DNA from: an uncultured Bacteroidota bacterium
GTDB taxonomy: Bacteria; Bacteroidota; Bacteroidia; Flavobacteriales; Flavobacteriaceae
Assembly (NCBI GenBank): GCA_902516925.1
Contig: CABYAF010000003.1
Coordinates: 14,423-78,422, forward strand
DNA length: 64,000 bases
Reading direction: 5' to 3'
In this document: one piece after another, positions 1-10,411 of the stretch
Numbering within the stretch: position 1 is the first letter of the stretch
Layout of the letters: each line of letters opens with the position of its first letter
The notes under the pieces: generated by a model
The model's input: the letters and a program-made list of their open reading frames with translations, nothing else
Told to the model about the DNA's origin: nothing
Database searches by the model: none
Made by a program: the position numbers and the translations under genes

Positions 1-67
1 AATCTGATTTAACACAAAGAGTATTTTGGAACACTAACGGACCAGCGGTCGATTAAAACTAAAAAAC

Positions 68-937
68 ATGAAAAAATTATTTATATATCTTAGTTTAATT
101 ACACTAATAGTCTCTTGTTCAAAAGAATTTTCTTCTGATGAATATGGAGGGTATGAGATGATGACTGACTACATGCTTAAAGAGTATGAGCAAGGTGCTG
201 CACTTAGACAAATTTCTAAGACTGGTGAGTATCAAGCAGCTACTCCTGGTACATCAGTTGTTAACTGGACACTTGAGCCACACGATAAAGAAATGGGTGG
301 TTTAACACAAAATGTAGAAATTTATCTACAGTTTAACTCAGGTGCAGAGGTTTTATATCAGACTGTTAATAGGTCTGACATGTATGATGGTCCTGTTGGA
401 CTACCTAGATTTGACTTTTCATTATCGTTAACTCAAGCACTTGGAGGATTAGGTGTTGGTAGCTTTAAAGGTAATGATGTTGTTACTGTAAGATTTCAAT
501 TAAACCTTACAAATGGAGAAACTTATTCAAGATCTTCTGTAACTGGATCAATGACAGGTTCATATTTTAGATCTCCTTTCTTATATCCAATAGTAATTGG
601 ATGTAGATTTGATGCTAACAATTCTGGTACAGTAGCTGGTATTTATACTATTACTGGTCAGGATAGTTGGGGAGATGGTTGGAATGGTGCTACATTACAA
701 TGGACAATCGATGGTGTTACAACATCATGGACTGTTGCTGGGGAAGATGGGACGACTTCGTTCACAGTTCCTGCAAGCGCTTCAACTTTCGGATTCGAAT
801 TTACTTCAGGAGACTGGGATAGTGAAATTACTTATCAAGTTAACTGGACAGGTTTAGATGGTTCTGGATCTCAAACTGCTTTGTCGGACGGTACAAGTCC
901 TGCAGTTGGATTCAAGGCTATGAATATTTGTCGATAA
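68..937 (+). CDS. Hypothetical secreted lipoprotein with C-terminal GDGW-motif module
   Basis: Long ORF. N-terminal signal peptide with lipobox (LIVSC, Cys17). C-terminal ~100 aa carries SWGDGWNGATL ... SGDWDSEITYQV. Followed by a clean intrinsic terminator. Confidence 0.6.
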   Translation: MKKLFIYLSLITLIVSCSKEFSSDEYGGYEMMTDYMLKEYEQGAALRQISKTGEYQAATPGTSVVNWTLEPHDKEMGGLTQNVEIYLQFNSGAEVLYQTVNRSDMYDGPVGLPRFDFSLSLTQALGGLGVGSFKGNDVVTVRFQLNLTNGETYSRSSVTGSMTGSYFRSPFLYPIVIGCRFDANNSGTVAGIYTITGQDSWGDGWNGATLQWTIDGVTTSWTVAGEDGTTSFTVPASASTFGFEFTSGDWDSEITYQVNWTGLDGSGSQTALSDGTSPAVGFKAMNICR

Positions 938-957
938 TTTGATAAATTATTATATCA

Positions 958-989
958 AAAAGGAGGTTTTTTAACCTCCTTTTTTTTTA
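958..989 (+). terminator. Rho-independent terminator
   Basis: Perfect 8-bp stem AGGAGGTT (961-968) / AACCTCCT (973-980) with a TTTT loop, followed by a T-run (981-989), directly after the stop at 937. Confidence 0.85.
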
Positions 990-1003
990 TATATACATTC
1001 TTC

Positions 1004-1747
1004 ATGGATAAACAAGTAGAGATATACGGCATTAGATCTATTATAGAGGCAATTGAGTCTTCAAAAGAGGTGTCAAGAGTATATCTACTTAAATCAAATT
1101 CACATCAAAGCAGTTTATTTAAGTCATTAGTTAGATTACTAGAGCATAATAATATCAAATACTCATTTGTTCCTAAGGAGAAGTTTAAAAAGTATATCAA
1201 TAAAAATCATCAAGGAGCAGTAGCTATATTATCTCCAATCAAACTATTATCAATAGATGATTTAGTATCAACTACATTTGACAATAACTCGCCAAAAACA
1301 TATTTATTACTGGATGGAATAACTGATACAAGAAATTTTGGGGCTATTATAAGAACAGCCGTCGCAGCAAATGTAGATGGAATAATTATTCCTCAAAACA
1401 ACTCCGCACCAGTGAACTCTGATGTAGTTAAGATTTCGTCAGGAGGAGTATTTAAAATACCAATTGCAAGGGTTAGCAATATAAAAGATGCTATTTTGCA
1501 CTTAAGTTCCTTAGATATTGACATTATAAGTCTTTCTGAGAAAGGAAAGGAAACAATATACAGTTCAAATTTTAAAAAATCTGTTGCTATCATTATGGGG
1601 TCTGAAGAAAAGGGTATCTCTAAAAGTATTTTAAGTCTATCAAATAATATTTTAAAAGTACCTATAAGCTCAAAGATTGATTCACTTAATGTTTCTGTCG
1701 CATTTTCAGCAGTTGTATTTGAAATCATTAGACAAAGAAATTTTTAA
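1004..1747 (+). CDS. TrmH/SpoU-family RNA 2'-O-ribose methyltransferase (RlmB-like)
   Basis: SpoU-type motifs LLDGITDTRNFGAIIRTA, IIMGSEEKGIS, SLNVSVA. About 247 aa, typical size. Confidence 0.85.
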   Translation: MDKQVEIYGIRSIIEAIESSKEVSRVYLLKSNSHQSSLFKSLVRLLEHNNIKYSFVPKEKFKKYINKNHQGAVAILSPIKLLSIDDLVSTTFDNNSPKTYLLLDGITDTRNFGAIIRTAVAANVDGIIIPQNNSAPVNSDVVKISSGGVFKIPIARVSNIKDAILHLSSLDIDIISLSEKGKETIYSSNFKKSVAIIMGSEEKGISKSILSLSNNILKVPISSKIDSLNVSVAFSAVVFEIIRQRNF

Positions 1748-1779
1748 GCTAAAAACTGTAATTTAGTAAAAAATTAAAG

Positions 1780-4290
1780 TTGTCTTCTAAAAAAAATCTT
1801 TACTTAATACTATTTTTTTTAATTTTAAATGCCTGTAGTTCTAATATTTACGATGGACTAGAAGATACTGTCCTTACAGACAATACTTTTATTGTCAATG
1901 ATACATTAGTCAAAAGAAACCCTGTAAAATTATTAATAGACCCACCTACCCCATCTAATAAATTTCTAGGATACCCTATTGGATTTTACATCTATAACTT
2001 ATCGAGTGACAATCCTGATGAAAAGTTTGATTTATGGCTTAATAAAAAGCCTAAAAGGTATACTAGATTATCCAAAATATTATCAGATAAACAAGTTAAA
2101 CAGCTTAAAAAGTATAATAATTCATTTAATGAATTTTTAAAAAGTTTAGGTCAAAAACCATTTAAGCTAAGTGACACAGATGTTAATAATAATATATCTA
2201 GGTTAAAACAATTTTATAATAATGAAGGTTATTTTGATTCAAAGGTCAGTGTAGATACTATCATTGAAGGTAAAAAGGCTAATCTTAAGTACATAGTAAA
2301 AACTAATACCAGATACTTAATTGATTCAATTTCATTGAAATTTAAATCCAGAGATATTGACTCACTCTATAAAATTTCAAAAGATGCGAGCCTAATAAAT
2401 AAAGATGAATATTTTTCTATTAATAAACTATTACTTGAAAGAGATAGGCTGATATCATTATTTAAAAACAATGGTATACATGATTTTCAACAAAGAAGTA
2501 TAAATTTTAATGTTTTAATTGATAGTACAGGTAATAAAAAGAAAATTCCTTTAGTATTATCGATTAACAATAAAGATGAAGAGAGTGAATATAACGTTAA
2601 GAATATAAATGATATTAAAATTTATGTCGAATCACTTGATGAACTTTCAAACATAAGTTCATATACTGACTCTCTTGACTACAACGGTATTAAAATATTC
2701 TCAAAGGGTAATCTTAATTATTCTCCAAGATCACTAACTGAACCTATTTTTTTTAAAAAAAATCAAAAATTTATTGAGAATGATAAACTTTTAACTTCTA
2801 GATACTTCTCTAATATAGGAGCATTTAAATATCCTAGAATTATAATTGAAGAGCAAATGGATTCTTTGAATACTTCAATCTATCTATTACCAAGAGACAG
2901 ATTTAGTTTAGGGTTTGATCTAGATTTTACTCATTCAAATATTGAAGATTTTGGAATCTCATTCGGAACAAATTTTAATATTAGGAATATATTTAGAGGT
3001 ACAGAAAACCTGTCTATTAATCTTAATAATAGTATTGGAGCATCTAAAGATATTGGAGATCCTGAGGATTCATTTTTTAATCTTTTTGAATTAGGAGGTA
3101 ATGTTAATCTCAGAGTTCCAAGAGCAATGCTTCCTTTTAGGACTCATAAATTAATTAAAAAGGAAATGAATCCTTTTACAAATATAATTATAGGTTCAAC
3201 TGTTCAAAAAAATATAGGTTTGGATAAACAATACTATTCAGGAATATATGAGGTTAACTGGAACCCAACAAAACAATCCAAAATAAATTTTAAACTTCTT
3301 GACTTTGAGTATGTAAATAATCAAAATGTGTCTAATTATTTTAATGTTTATAAAAATTCCTATGATAAACTTAATTATATTTCATCAATTTATAATCTTG
3401 ATCAATCAACGCTTAATAAAGATGGAAATCTAACAATTCCTGAAGGTTCAGAAATTTTTATTTCGCAAGTCCTCAACAATGAAACAACCTTAGATTCAGG
3501 GACAGACTTTTATAAAAATGTAAATTCTATTTTAGAGAGGAAGGATAGGTTAACAGAGAACAATTTAATAGTTGGTTCATCAATTACAATTAACCGAAAT
3601 ACTCAAGAGAACTTCCTAGATGAGGATTTTTCAAGATTTAGACTAAAAATTGAGATGGTAGGGAATTTATTTAATGAAGTGATTAGGGATAAAAACCTAA
3701 ATTTAGATAATAAAGTTGAAATTTCTAATATTTTACCCTCTCAGTACACTAAAGCTGAAATAAATTACATCAAACATGTTTTACTAAATAATGGAAGAGT
3801 CTTTGCTCTTAGGGCATTCACTGGTATTGCAATACCTTATGGGAACTCAGATTACATACCTTTCACAAGATCATACTACGCAGGAGGGTCCAATGACAAT
3901 AGAGCATGGAAAGCATATAAACTAGGACCAGGTAGTAGCAATAATATAAATGAGTTTAATGAAGCTAATTTTAAAATTTCTTTAAATTTTGAATATAGAA
4001 ACAAAATTTCAGGAAATCTTAATGGTGCTTTATTTGTGGATATTGGTAATATATGGAACATTAGTGATAATACTAATGATGACTCGATGAATTTTAATAA
4101 TTTTTCTGATTTGAGTGAATTAGCTATTGGGACTGGTATTGGATTAAGATATGATTTTAACTTTTTTGTTTTAAGATTAGATACTGCCTTTAAAACGTAT
4201 AATCCAGCTAAAGATAAAAGTAATAGGTGGTTTAGTGATTTTAGTTTAAATAAAGCAGTGTTTAATATTGGTATTAATTACCCATTTTAG
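1780..4290 (+). CDS. Omp85-family outer membrane protein with lipoprotein signal (BamA/TamA family, TamL-like)
   Basis: TTG start. Signal peptide with lipobox LILNACSS. C-terminal surface-antigen barrel motifs YYAGGSNDNRAWKAYKLGPG and GTGIGLRYDFNFFVLRLDTAF, with a terminal aromatic residue (F). Confidence 0.8.
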   Translation: MSSKKNLYLILFFLILNACSSNIYDGLEDTVLTDNTFIVNDTLVKRNPVKLLIDPPTPSNKFLGYPIGFYIYNLSSDNPDEKFDLWLNKKPKRYTRLSKILSDKQVKQLKKYNNSFNEFLKSLGQKPFKLSDTDVNNNISRLKQFYNNEGYFDSKVSVDTIIEGKKANLKYIVKTNTRYLIDSISLKFKSRDIDSLYKISKDASLINKDEYFSINKLLLERDRLISLFKNNGIHDFQQRSINFNVLIDSTGNKKKIPLVLSINNKDEESEYNVKNINDIKIYVESLDELSNISSYTDSLDYNGIKIFSKGNLNYSPRSLTEPIFFKKNQKFIENDKLLTSRYFSNIGAFKYPRIIIEEQMDSLNTSIYLLPRDRFSLGFDLDFTHSNIEDFGISFGTNFNIRNIFRGTENLSINLNNSIGASKDIGDPEDSFFNLFELGGNVNLRVPRAMLPFRTHKLIKKEMNPFTNIIIGSTVQKNIGLDKQYYSGIYEVNWNPTKQSKINFKLLDFEYVNNQNVSNYFNVYKNSYDKLNYISSIYNLDQSTLNKDGNLTIPEGSEIFISQVLNNETTLDSGTDFYKNVNSILERKDRLTENNLIVGSSITINRNTQENFLDEDFSRFRLKIEMVGNLFNEVIRDKNLNLDNKVEISNILPSQYTKAEINYIKHVLLNNGRVFALRAFTGIAIPYGNSDYIPFTRSYYAGGSNDNRAWKAYKLGPGSSNNINEFNEANFKISLNFEYRNKISGNLNGALFVDIGNIWNISDNTNDDSMNFNNFSDLSELAIGTGIGLRYDFNFFVLRLDTAFKTYNPAKDKSNRWFSDFSLNKAVFNIGINYPF

Positions 4291-4302
4291 AAATAAGTTT
4301 AA

Positions 4303-4310
4303 TATTTTTG
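4303..4310 (+). promoter_or_regulatory. Bacteroidota-type -7 box (TATTTTTG) upstream of fbaA
   Basis: Exact match to TAnnTTTG, 23 nt upstream of the TTG start at 4334, in the tamL-like/fbaA intergenic region. Confidence 0.4.
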
Positions 4311-4333
4311 ACAAAAATTAACAATAATTTATT

Positions 4334-5392
4334 TTGAGAGATAACTTTATTTTCGGAGAAAAGAATCAACAATTATTTAGTTTAGCAAAACAAAGGAAAT
4401 TTGCTCTTCCTGCTATTAATGTTTCTGGTACAAATACAATAAATTCTGTACTTGAGACTGCTTCTGAACTTAACAGCCCCGTTATAATTCAATTTTCTAG
4501 TGGCGGATCTCAATTTATTGCAGGTAAAGGAATGCCAAATCATGGTTTTAATTCTTCAATTTCAGGTTCAATAGCAGGTGCATACCATATACATAAAACT
4601 ATTGAGGACTATGGTGCTAAAGTTATAATTCACACTGATCACTGTTCTAAAAAACTTCTTCCATGGATAGATGGACTTTTAGAGTATGGTAAAGACTTTT
4701 ATAAGAAGAATAAATTTCCATTATTTTCCTCACATATGATAGATTTATCTGAAGAACCTCTCGAGGAAAATATTGCTATCTGCAAGGAGTACCTTAAAAA
4801 ATTAAGTGATCTTGATATGACACTAGAAATTGAGTTAGGAGTTACAGGAGGAGAAGAAGATGGAGTTGATAATACTGACATTGACTCGTCAAAATTATAT
4901 ACACAGCCTGAGGAAGTAGCATATGCATACTCAGAACTTATATCTGTTAGTGATAAGTTCATGATTGCTGCTGCATTTGGTAATGTTCATGGTGTATATA
5001 AACCAGGAAATGTAAAGCTAACTCCTAAAATTCTTAAAAATTCTCAAGAGTATGTATCAAGGCAATTTAATTTACCTGAAAACTCTTTAGATTTTGTTTT
5101 TCATGGTGGATCAGGTTCATCCGTTGACGAGATTAGAGAGGCAATTAGCTATGGAGTTATAAAAATGAACATTGATACTGATCTTCAATTTGCTTTTACA
5201 GAAGGAGTAAGAGATTATATGATTAAAAAAAGAGACTTTTTAATGTCACAGATTGGAAATCCTGATGGTAGTGATGTCCCAAATAAAAAATTCTACGACC
5301 CAAGAGTATGGCTAAGAAAAGGTGAAGAAACTTTTAAGTCAAGATTGATAAAAGCTTTTGAGGACTTGAATAATATCAATACCTTAGATTAA
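4334..5392 (+). CDS. fbaA: Class II fructose-1,6-bisphosphate aldolase
   Basis: TTG start. Motifs [29 protein letters not shown]. About 352 aa. Confidence 0.9.
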   Translation: MRDNFIFGEKNQQLFSLAKQRKFALPAINVSGTNTINSVLETASELNSPVIIQFSSGGSQFIAGKGMPNHGFNSSISGSIAGAYHIHKTIEDYGAKVIIHTDHCSKKLLPWIDGLLEYGKDFYKKNKFPLFSSHMIDLSEEPLEENIAICKEYLKKLSDLDMTLEIELGVTGGEEDGVDNTDIDSSKLYTQPEEVAYAYSELISVSDKFMIAAAFGNVHGVYKPGNVKLTPKILKNSQEYVSRQFNLPENSLDFVFHGGSGSSVDEIREAISYGVIKMNIDTDLQFAFTEGVRDYMIKKRDFLMSQIGNPDGSDVPNKKFYDPRVWLRKGEETFKSRLIKAFEDLNNINTLD

Positions 5393-5403
5393 ATTTCCAA
5401 TTC

Positions 5404-6264
5404 ATGAGTTGGTTTAAAAGAACAAATAAAAATATAAATACAAAGACTGAGGAAAAAAAAGATATACCTGCAGGACTTTGGTACAAGACTCCTACTGGAA
5501 AAATTATTGAAACAAAGGAATTAGCAGAAAATATGTATGTAAGTCCTGAAGATGACTATCATGTTCATATTGGAAGTAGAGAATATTTTGAGATTCTTTT
5601 CGATGATAAATTTAAAGAGATTGGTGTTAATATATCTCCCATAGATTTTCTAAAGTTTAAAGATCAAAAAAAATATTCGGATAGACTTAAAGATGCTCAA
5701 GATAAAACAAATTTAAAAGATGCAATTAGAATTGGCTATGGTAAATCCTATGGAAAAGAGATTGTGATTGCATGTATGGACTTTAAATTCATTGGTGGAT
5801 CAATGGGATCAGTCGTAGGTGAAAAAATTTCTTTATCAATTAATTATGCTATAAAAAAGAAGTGTCCTGTGGTTATTATTTCAAAGTCAGGTGGAGCAAG
5901 GATGATGGAATCTGCAACTTCATTAATGCAGATGGCAAAGACTTCTGCAAAATTAAATGATCTTTCAGAAGCAGGTCTTCCATATATCTCATTATGTACT
6001 GACCCCACAACTGGAGGTACTACCGCATCTTTTGCAATGCTTGGAGATATTAACATTGCTGAACCTAAAGCACTAATAGCATTTGCTGGGCCAAGAGTTG
6101 TAAAGGATACTACAGGTCAAGAACTACCGGATGGATTTCAAAGAAGTGAATTTCTTCTTGAAAAAGGATTTCTTGATTTCATAAGTCATAGAAAAGAGTT
6201 GAAGAAAAAAATCAATCTTTACATTGATTTAATTCAAAATAATACTCTCCGTAAATATCATTAA
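5404..6264 (+). CDS. accD: Acetyl-CoA carboxylase carboxyltransferase beta subunit
   Basis: Motifs [28 protein letters not shown]. The N-terminal region aligns to the AccD zinc ribbon but carries no cysteines. Confidence 0.9.
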   Translation: MSWFKRTNKNINTKTEEKKDIPAGLWYKTPTGKIIETKELAENMYVSPEDDYHVHIGSREYFEILFDDKFKEIGVNISPIDFLKFKDQKKYSDRLKDAQDKTNLKDAIRIGYGKSYGKEIVIACMDFKFIGGSMGSVVGEKISLSINYAIKKKCPVVIISKSGGARMMESATSLMQMAKTSAKLNDLSEAGLPYISLCTDPTTGGTTASFAMLGDINIAEPKALIAFAGPRVVKDTTGQELPDGFQRSEFLLEKGFLDFISHRKELKKKINLYIDLIQNNTLRKYH

Positions 6265-6291
6265 ATAATTTAGTTTCTAAATATATTCTAG

Positions 6292-6299
6292 TATATTTG
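6292..6299 (+). promoter_or_regulatory. Bacteroidota-type -7 box (TATATTTG) upstream of rpsO
   Basis: Exact TAnnTTTG match, 18 nt upstream of the ATG at 6318. Confidence 0.45.
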
Positions 6300-6317
6300 C
6301 GGCTCAAAATTATTTGA

Positions 6318-6581
6318 ATGACAGTACTTAATAAAGAAGATGTTTTTAAAGAATTTGGTAAGAGCAAGAAAGATACTGGTTCTTCTGAAAGCCAAATTGC
6401 ACTTTTTACTAAAAGAATTGAAAGCTTATCAAGCCATTTGAAATCAAATGCAAAGGATTTTAATACAGAAAAGTCACTTGTAAAAATGGTTGGTAAAAGA
6501 AGAAACTTACTTGAGTATTTAAAAAAAACAGATATTCAAAGATATCGTGATATAATAAAAAAATTAGGTATTAGAAAATAG
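6318..6581 (+). CDS. rpsO: 30S ribosomal protein S15
   Basis: 87 aa with the S15 pattern SSESQIALFTKRIESLSSHLKSNAKDF ... MVGKRRNLLEYL. Conserved rpsO-pnp synteny. Confidence 0.9.
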   Translation: MTVLNKEDVFKEFGKSKKDTGSSESQIALFTKRIESLSSHLKSNAKDFNTEKSLVKMVGKRRNLLEYLKKTDIQRYRDIIKKLGIRK

Positions 6582-6638
6582 CATTTTTAGTTTGGTTGTC
6601 TTCACTACACACAACAAAAATATAACCAATACTAAATT

Positions 6639-8747
6639 ATGAATCCAAAACCCTTAACTCAAATTATAAAATTATCAGATGGCAGAGAAATTTCTATTGA
6701 AACTGGTAAACTTGCAAAGCAAGCTCATGGATCAGTAGTAATTAGGATGGGAGATTGTATGCTCTTATCTACTGTTGTTTCAAGCTATGGTACTTCATCT
6801 CTAGATTTTTTACCGCTAACTGTTGACTATAGAGAAAAATTTGCTTCAGCTGGAAGGTTTCCTGGTGGATTTTTTAAAAGAGAAGCTAGACCTAGTAGTG
6901 AAGAAATACTCACTATGAGGATAGTAGATAGAGTCCTACGTCCATTATTTCCTAAGGATTACCATTCAGAGACTCAAGTTATGATTCAACTTATGTCCAA
7001 TGATGAGAATGTAATGCCTGATGCTCTTGTTGGTTTAGCTGCCTCAGCAGCAATATCATTATCTGATATTCCATTTGATGGACCAATTTCTGAGGTTAGA
7101 GTTGCAAGAATTGAAGGAAAATTTATAATAAATCCTTCTAGAAGTGAATTAGAAGAATCCGATATTGATATAATGGTTGGAGCTACTGAGGACTCTGTTG
7201 TTATGGTTGAGGGTGAATTTGATGAAATCTCTGAGGAAGAAATGACTGATGCAATAAAATATGCTCATGACGAAATCAAAAGACAAATTGATGCTCAAAA
7301 GAAACTTGTAAAACAAGCTGGTATTAGTTCAGAAAAGAGAGAATATGATGAAGCAGAAGAAGATCAAGATCTAGAAGCTGAAATTTTAGATAAAGTATAT
7401 CAAAAATCTTATGATATTGCTAAGAAGGGACTCTCAAAAAATGAAAGAAGTGAATCTTTTAGTTTATTGAAAGAGGAATTGATTGACTCATATGATGATG
7501 AAATTATTGAAGAGAAGAAAGACTTGATTGTCAAATACTTTAACAAAGCACAGAAAAAAGCTATTAGAGATTTAGTTCTAAATGAGGGCACTAGGTTAGA
7601 CGGAAGAAAAACAGAGGATATAAGAGATATTTGGACAGAAGTTGGATATTTACCTTCTACTCATGGCTCTGCAGTCTTTACAAGAGGTGAGACTCAGTCA
7701 CTTGCATCTTTAACATTAGGAACAAGTAGAGAAGTCAATGTTATTGATATGCCTACAAATCAGTCAGAAGAAAGCTTTTATTTACATTACAATTTTCCAC
7801 CTTTCTCAACAGGAGAAGCCAGACCTTTAAGAGGAACGTCTCGAAGAGAAATTGGCCACGGTATGTTAGCACAACGTGCTCTTAAAAAGGTAATGCCAGA
7901 TGATTGCCCTTATACTGTTAGAATTGTGTCTGAAATTTTAGAATCTAACGGATCATCTTCGATGGCATCTGTTTGTGCAGGCTCACTAGCTTTAATGGAC
8001 GCTGGTATAAATATTAAAAGTAATGTTTCTGGTATAGCAATGGGACTTATTAGTGAAGGTAAAAAATATGCTGTACTTTCAGATATACTAGGAGATGAAG
8101 ATCATCTCGGAGATATGGACTTTAAGGTTACCGGGACTAGAGAAGGTATTACTGCATGTCAAATGGATATTAAAATTAAGGGATTGAAATATGAAATTCT
8201 TGTTGAAGCATTAACTCAAGCAAAGAAGGGGAGACTTCATATTCTTGATAAACTTGATAGTTCATTGGATAAACCAAATGATACAGTAAAACCTCACGCA
8301 CCTAAAATGGTTACCATGGAAATAGCTAAGGACTTTATTGGTATGGTAATTGGGCCTGGTGGTAAAAACATTCAAGAACTTCAAAAAGAGTCTGATACAA
8401 CAATTGTAATTAACGAAAAAGATGAAGTTGGCGTTATTGAAATACTTGGTGTTGATCAGGAAAAGATTGATAATGCTATTGAAAGAATTAGAAATTTAGT
8501 CTTTGAGCCTGTTATAGATGAAGTATATAAAGTAAACGTTGTTAAGATATTAGATTTTGGTGCAGTTGTTGAATTTGTTCCTGGTAAAGAAGTCTTGCTC
8601 CATGTTTCTGAAATAGCATGGGAAAGAGTAGAAAAAGTAACCGATTATATAAACCTAGGGGATCAGATTGAGGTTAAATACATGGGAATTGATAAAAGAA
8701 CTAGAAAACAAAAAATTTCAAGAAAAGTTTTATTAGAAAAAAAATAA
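6639..8747 (+). CDS. pnp: Polyribonucleotide nucleotidyltransferase (PNPase)
   Basis: Two RNase PH-like cores ([33 protein letters not shown]), a KH motif (VIGPGGKNI) and a C-terminal S1 domain. 702 aa. Confidence 0.95.
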   Translation: MNPKPLTQIIKLSDGREISIETGKLAKQAHGSVVIRMGDCMLLSTVVSSYGTSSLDFLPLTVDYREKFASAGRFPGGFFKREARPSSEEILTMRIVDRVLRPLFPKDYHSETQVMIQLMSNDENVMPDALVGLAASAAISLSDIPFDGPISEVRVARIEGKFIINPSRSELEESDIDIMVGATEDSVVMVEGEFDEISEEEMTDAIKYAHDEIKRQIDAQKKLVKQAGISSEKREYDEAEEDQDLEAEILDKVYQKSYDIAKKGLSKNERSESFSLLKEELIDSYDDEIIEEKKDLIVKYFNKAQKKAIRDLVLNEGTRLDGRKTEDIRDIWTEVGYLPSTHGSAVFTRGETQSLASLTLGTSREVNVIDMPTNQSEESFYLHYNFPPFSTGEARPLRGTSRREIGHGMLAQRALKKVMPDDCPYTVRIVSEILESNGSSSMASVCAGSLALMDAGINIKSNVSGIAMGLISEGKKYAVLSDILGDEDHLGDMDFKVTGTREGITACQMDIKIKGLKYEILVEALTQAKKGRLHILDKLDSSLDKPNDTVKPHAPKMVTMEIAKDFIGMVIGPGGKNIQELQKESDTTIVINEKDEVGVIEILGVDQEKIDNAIERIRNLVFEPVIDEVYKVNVVKILDFGAVVEFVPGKEVLLHVSEIAWERVEKVTDYINLGDQIEVKYMGIDKRTRKQKISRKVLLEKK

Positions 8748-8790
8748 TTTTTTTTCACTTTGGAACAGTTTTTGTGGCATTTATTAGTCT

Positions 8791-9654
8791 ATGAGACAAT
8801 TAAAAATAACAAAACAGGTAACTAACAGAGAGACAGCTTCTCTTGATAAGTATCTTCAAGAAATTGGTAAAGTAGACTTAATTACTGCAGAAGAAGAGGT
8901 AGAGTTAGCTCAGCGAATTAAAAAAGGTGATCAGTTTGCTCTTGAGAAATTAACAAAAGCCAACCTAAGGTTTGTTGTCTCTGTTGCAAAACAATATCAG
9001 AATCAAGGTTTAACATTACCTGATCTCATCAATGAAGGTAATCTTGGTTTGATTAAAGCAGCTCAAAGATTTGATGAGACAAGAGGCTTTAAATTTATTT
9101 CTTATGCAGTCTGGTGGATTAGACAATCTATTCTTCAAGCTTTAGCAGAACAGTCAAGGATTGTGAGACTGCCACTAAATAAAATTGGCTCAATAAATAA
9201 AATTAATAAGACTTATGCCTTTTTAGAGCAAGCTCATGAACGCGCTCCATCTGCAGAAGAAATTGCAAAAGAACTTGATATGACGGTAAATGATGTAAAA
9301 GAATCACTAAAAAATTCTGGTAGACATGTATCAATGGACGCACCTTTAGTTGAAGGCGAAGACTCAAATTTATATGATGTTCTTAATAGTGGTGAGTCTC
9401 CAAATCCTGACAGACAGCTTTTACATGAATCTCTTAGAACTGAGATTGAAAGAGCGCTTGATACTCTTACACCTCGTGAAGCAGATGTTGTAAGACTATA
9501 TTTTGGTTTGGGTAATCAACACGCAATGACTCTTGAAGAAATAGGTGAAACATTTGATTTGACTAGAGAAAGAGTAAGACAGATTAAGGAAAAGGCTATA
9601 CGAAGATTAAAGCACACTTCAAGAAGTAAGATTCTTAAAACTTATCTAGGCTAA
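8791..9654 (+). CDS. rpoD: Primary RNA polymerase sigma factor (sigma-70 family, Bacteroidota short type)
   Basis: Region 2 [18 protein letters not shown] and [10 protein letters not shown]; region 4 [27 protein letters not shown]. At 287 aa there is no region 1.1. Confidence 0.95.
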   Translation: MRQLKITKQVTNRETASLDKYLQEIGKVDLITAEEEVELAQRIKKGDQFALEKLTKANLRFVVSVAKQYQNQGLTLPDLINEGNLGLIKAAQRFDETRGFKFISYAVWWIRQSILQALAEQSRIVRLPLNKIGSINKINKTYAFLEQAHERAPSAEEIAKELDMTVNDVKESLKNSGRHVSMDAPLVEGEDSNLYDVLNSGESPNPDRQLLHESLRTEIERALDTLTPREADVVRLYFGLGNQHAMTLEEIGETFDLTRERVRQIKEKAIRRLKHTSRSKILKTYLG

Positions 9655-9735
9655 CCTATTAGCTTTAATGTTTATATCTTTTCAAGCATATTTTAACTAG
9701 ATAATCATATTAATTTTACCTTAATAATAATTATT

Positions 9736-10380
9736 ATGTCTATAAAAATAGCTCCTTCTATTTTAGCTGCAGACTTTGGAAATCTTTCTAGGGACTGCGA
9801 CATAATCAATAAAAGTAATGCAGATTGGTTCCATCTTGATGTAATGGATGGTTTATTTGTTCCAAATATTTCATTTGGTATGCCAATAATAAGCTCAATT
9901 AGGAAAATGACAAAAAAGCCATTAGATGTTCATTTAATGATCATCGAACCAGAAAGATACATTGATAAATTTGTTGAGATTGGCTCTGATATTTTAACTG
10001 TCCATATTGAAGCAACCACAGAGATGAATAAAATCCTAGATAAAATCAAACAGTCTTCAATTAAGTCAGGAATTGCAATCAACCCCGACACTCCAATTAA
10101 TAAATTAGATGATTACATTGATAAGGTTGATTTGATATGTCTAATGGGAGTTCATGCAGGTTTTGGAGGACAGAAATTTATTAAGAAAACATTTGATAGA
10201 CTAATTGAACTTAAAAGTCTAATTAATTTAAAAGATTCATCTGCTGTGATTGAAATAGATGGAGGTGTAGACAATACTAATTGTAAAAAACTTAAATCTT
10301 TAGGAGCTGATGTTCTAGTTGCTGGAAGCTATATTTTTAAATCTCCAGATATAAACAATGCAATTGATTCATTGAAGTAA
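9736..10380 (+). CDS. rpe: Ribulose-phosphate 3-epimerase
   Basis: Motifs PSILAADF, FHLDVMDGLFVPNISFG, IEIDGGV. 214 aa. Confidence 0.9.
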   Translation: MSIKIAPSILAADFGNLSRDCDIINKSNADWFHLDVMDGLFVPNISFGMPIISSIRKMTKKPLDVHLMIIEPERYIDKFVEIGSDILTVHIEATTEMNKILDKIKQSSIKSGIAINPDTPINKLDDYIDKVDLICLMGVHAGFGGQKFIKKTFDRLIELKSLINLKDSSAVIEIDGGVDNTNCKKLKSLGADVLVAGSYIFKSPDINNAIDSLK

Positions 10381-10411
10381 AGAATTAAAATATTATTTTG
10401 CATATCCAGGT

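Noticed and set aside
1-56. 3' end of an upstream plus-strand gene (frame 3, ...VFWNTNGPAVD, stop at 54-56)
   Set aside because: Only 17 codons are visible, which is too short to support a feature call or any functional guess.
675-857. 60-aa same-strand ORF in an alternative frame inside the first lipoprotein gene
   Set aside because: It is fully nested in a longer ORF with a coherent signal peptide and domain structure. Nothing supports separate translation.
2747-2762. T8A8 homopolymer pair inside the Omp85 gene as a phase-variation switch
   Set aside because: Runs of this length are common throughout this ~30% GC sequence (they encode FFKK). The frame is intact, and nothing suggests on/off variants.
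6582-6638. Regulatory hairpin in the rpsO-pnp spacer, by analogy with the E. coli RNase III site
   Set aside because: Only a weak 5-bp GTTGT/ACAAC pairing with an 11-nt loop is present. There is no T-tract and no convincing extended stem.
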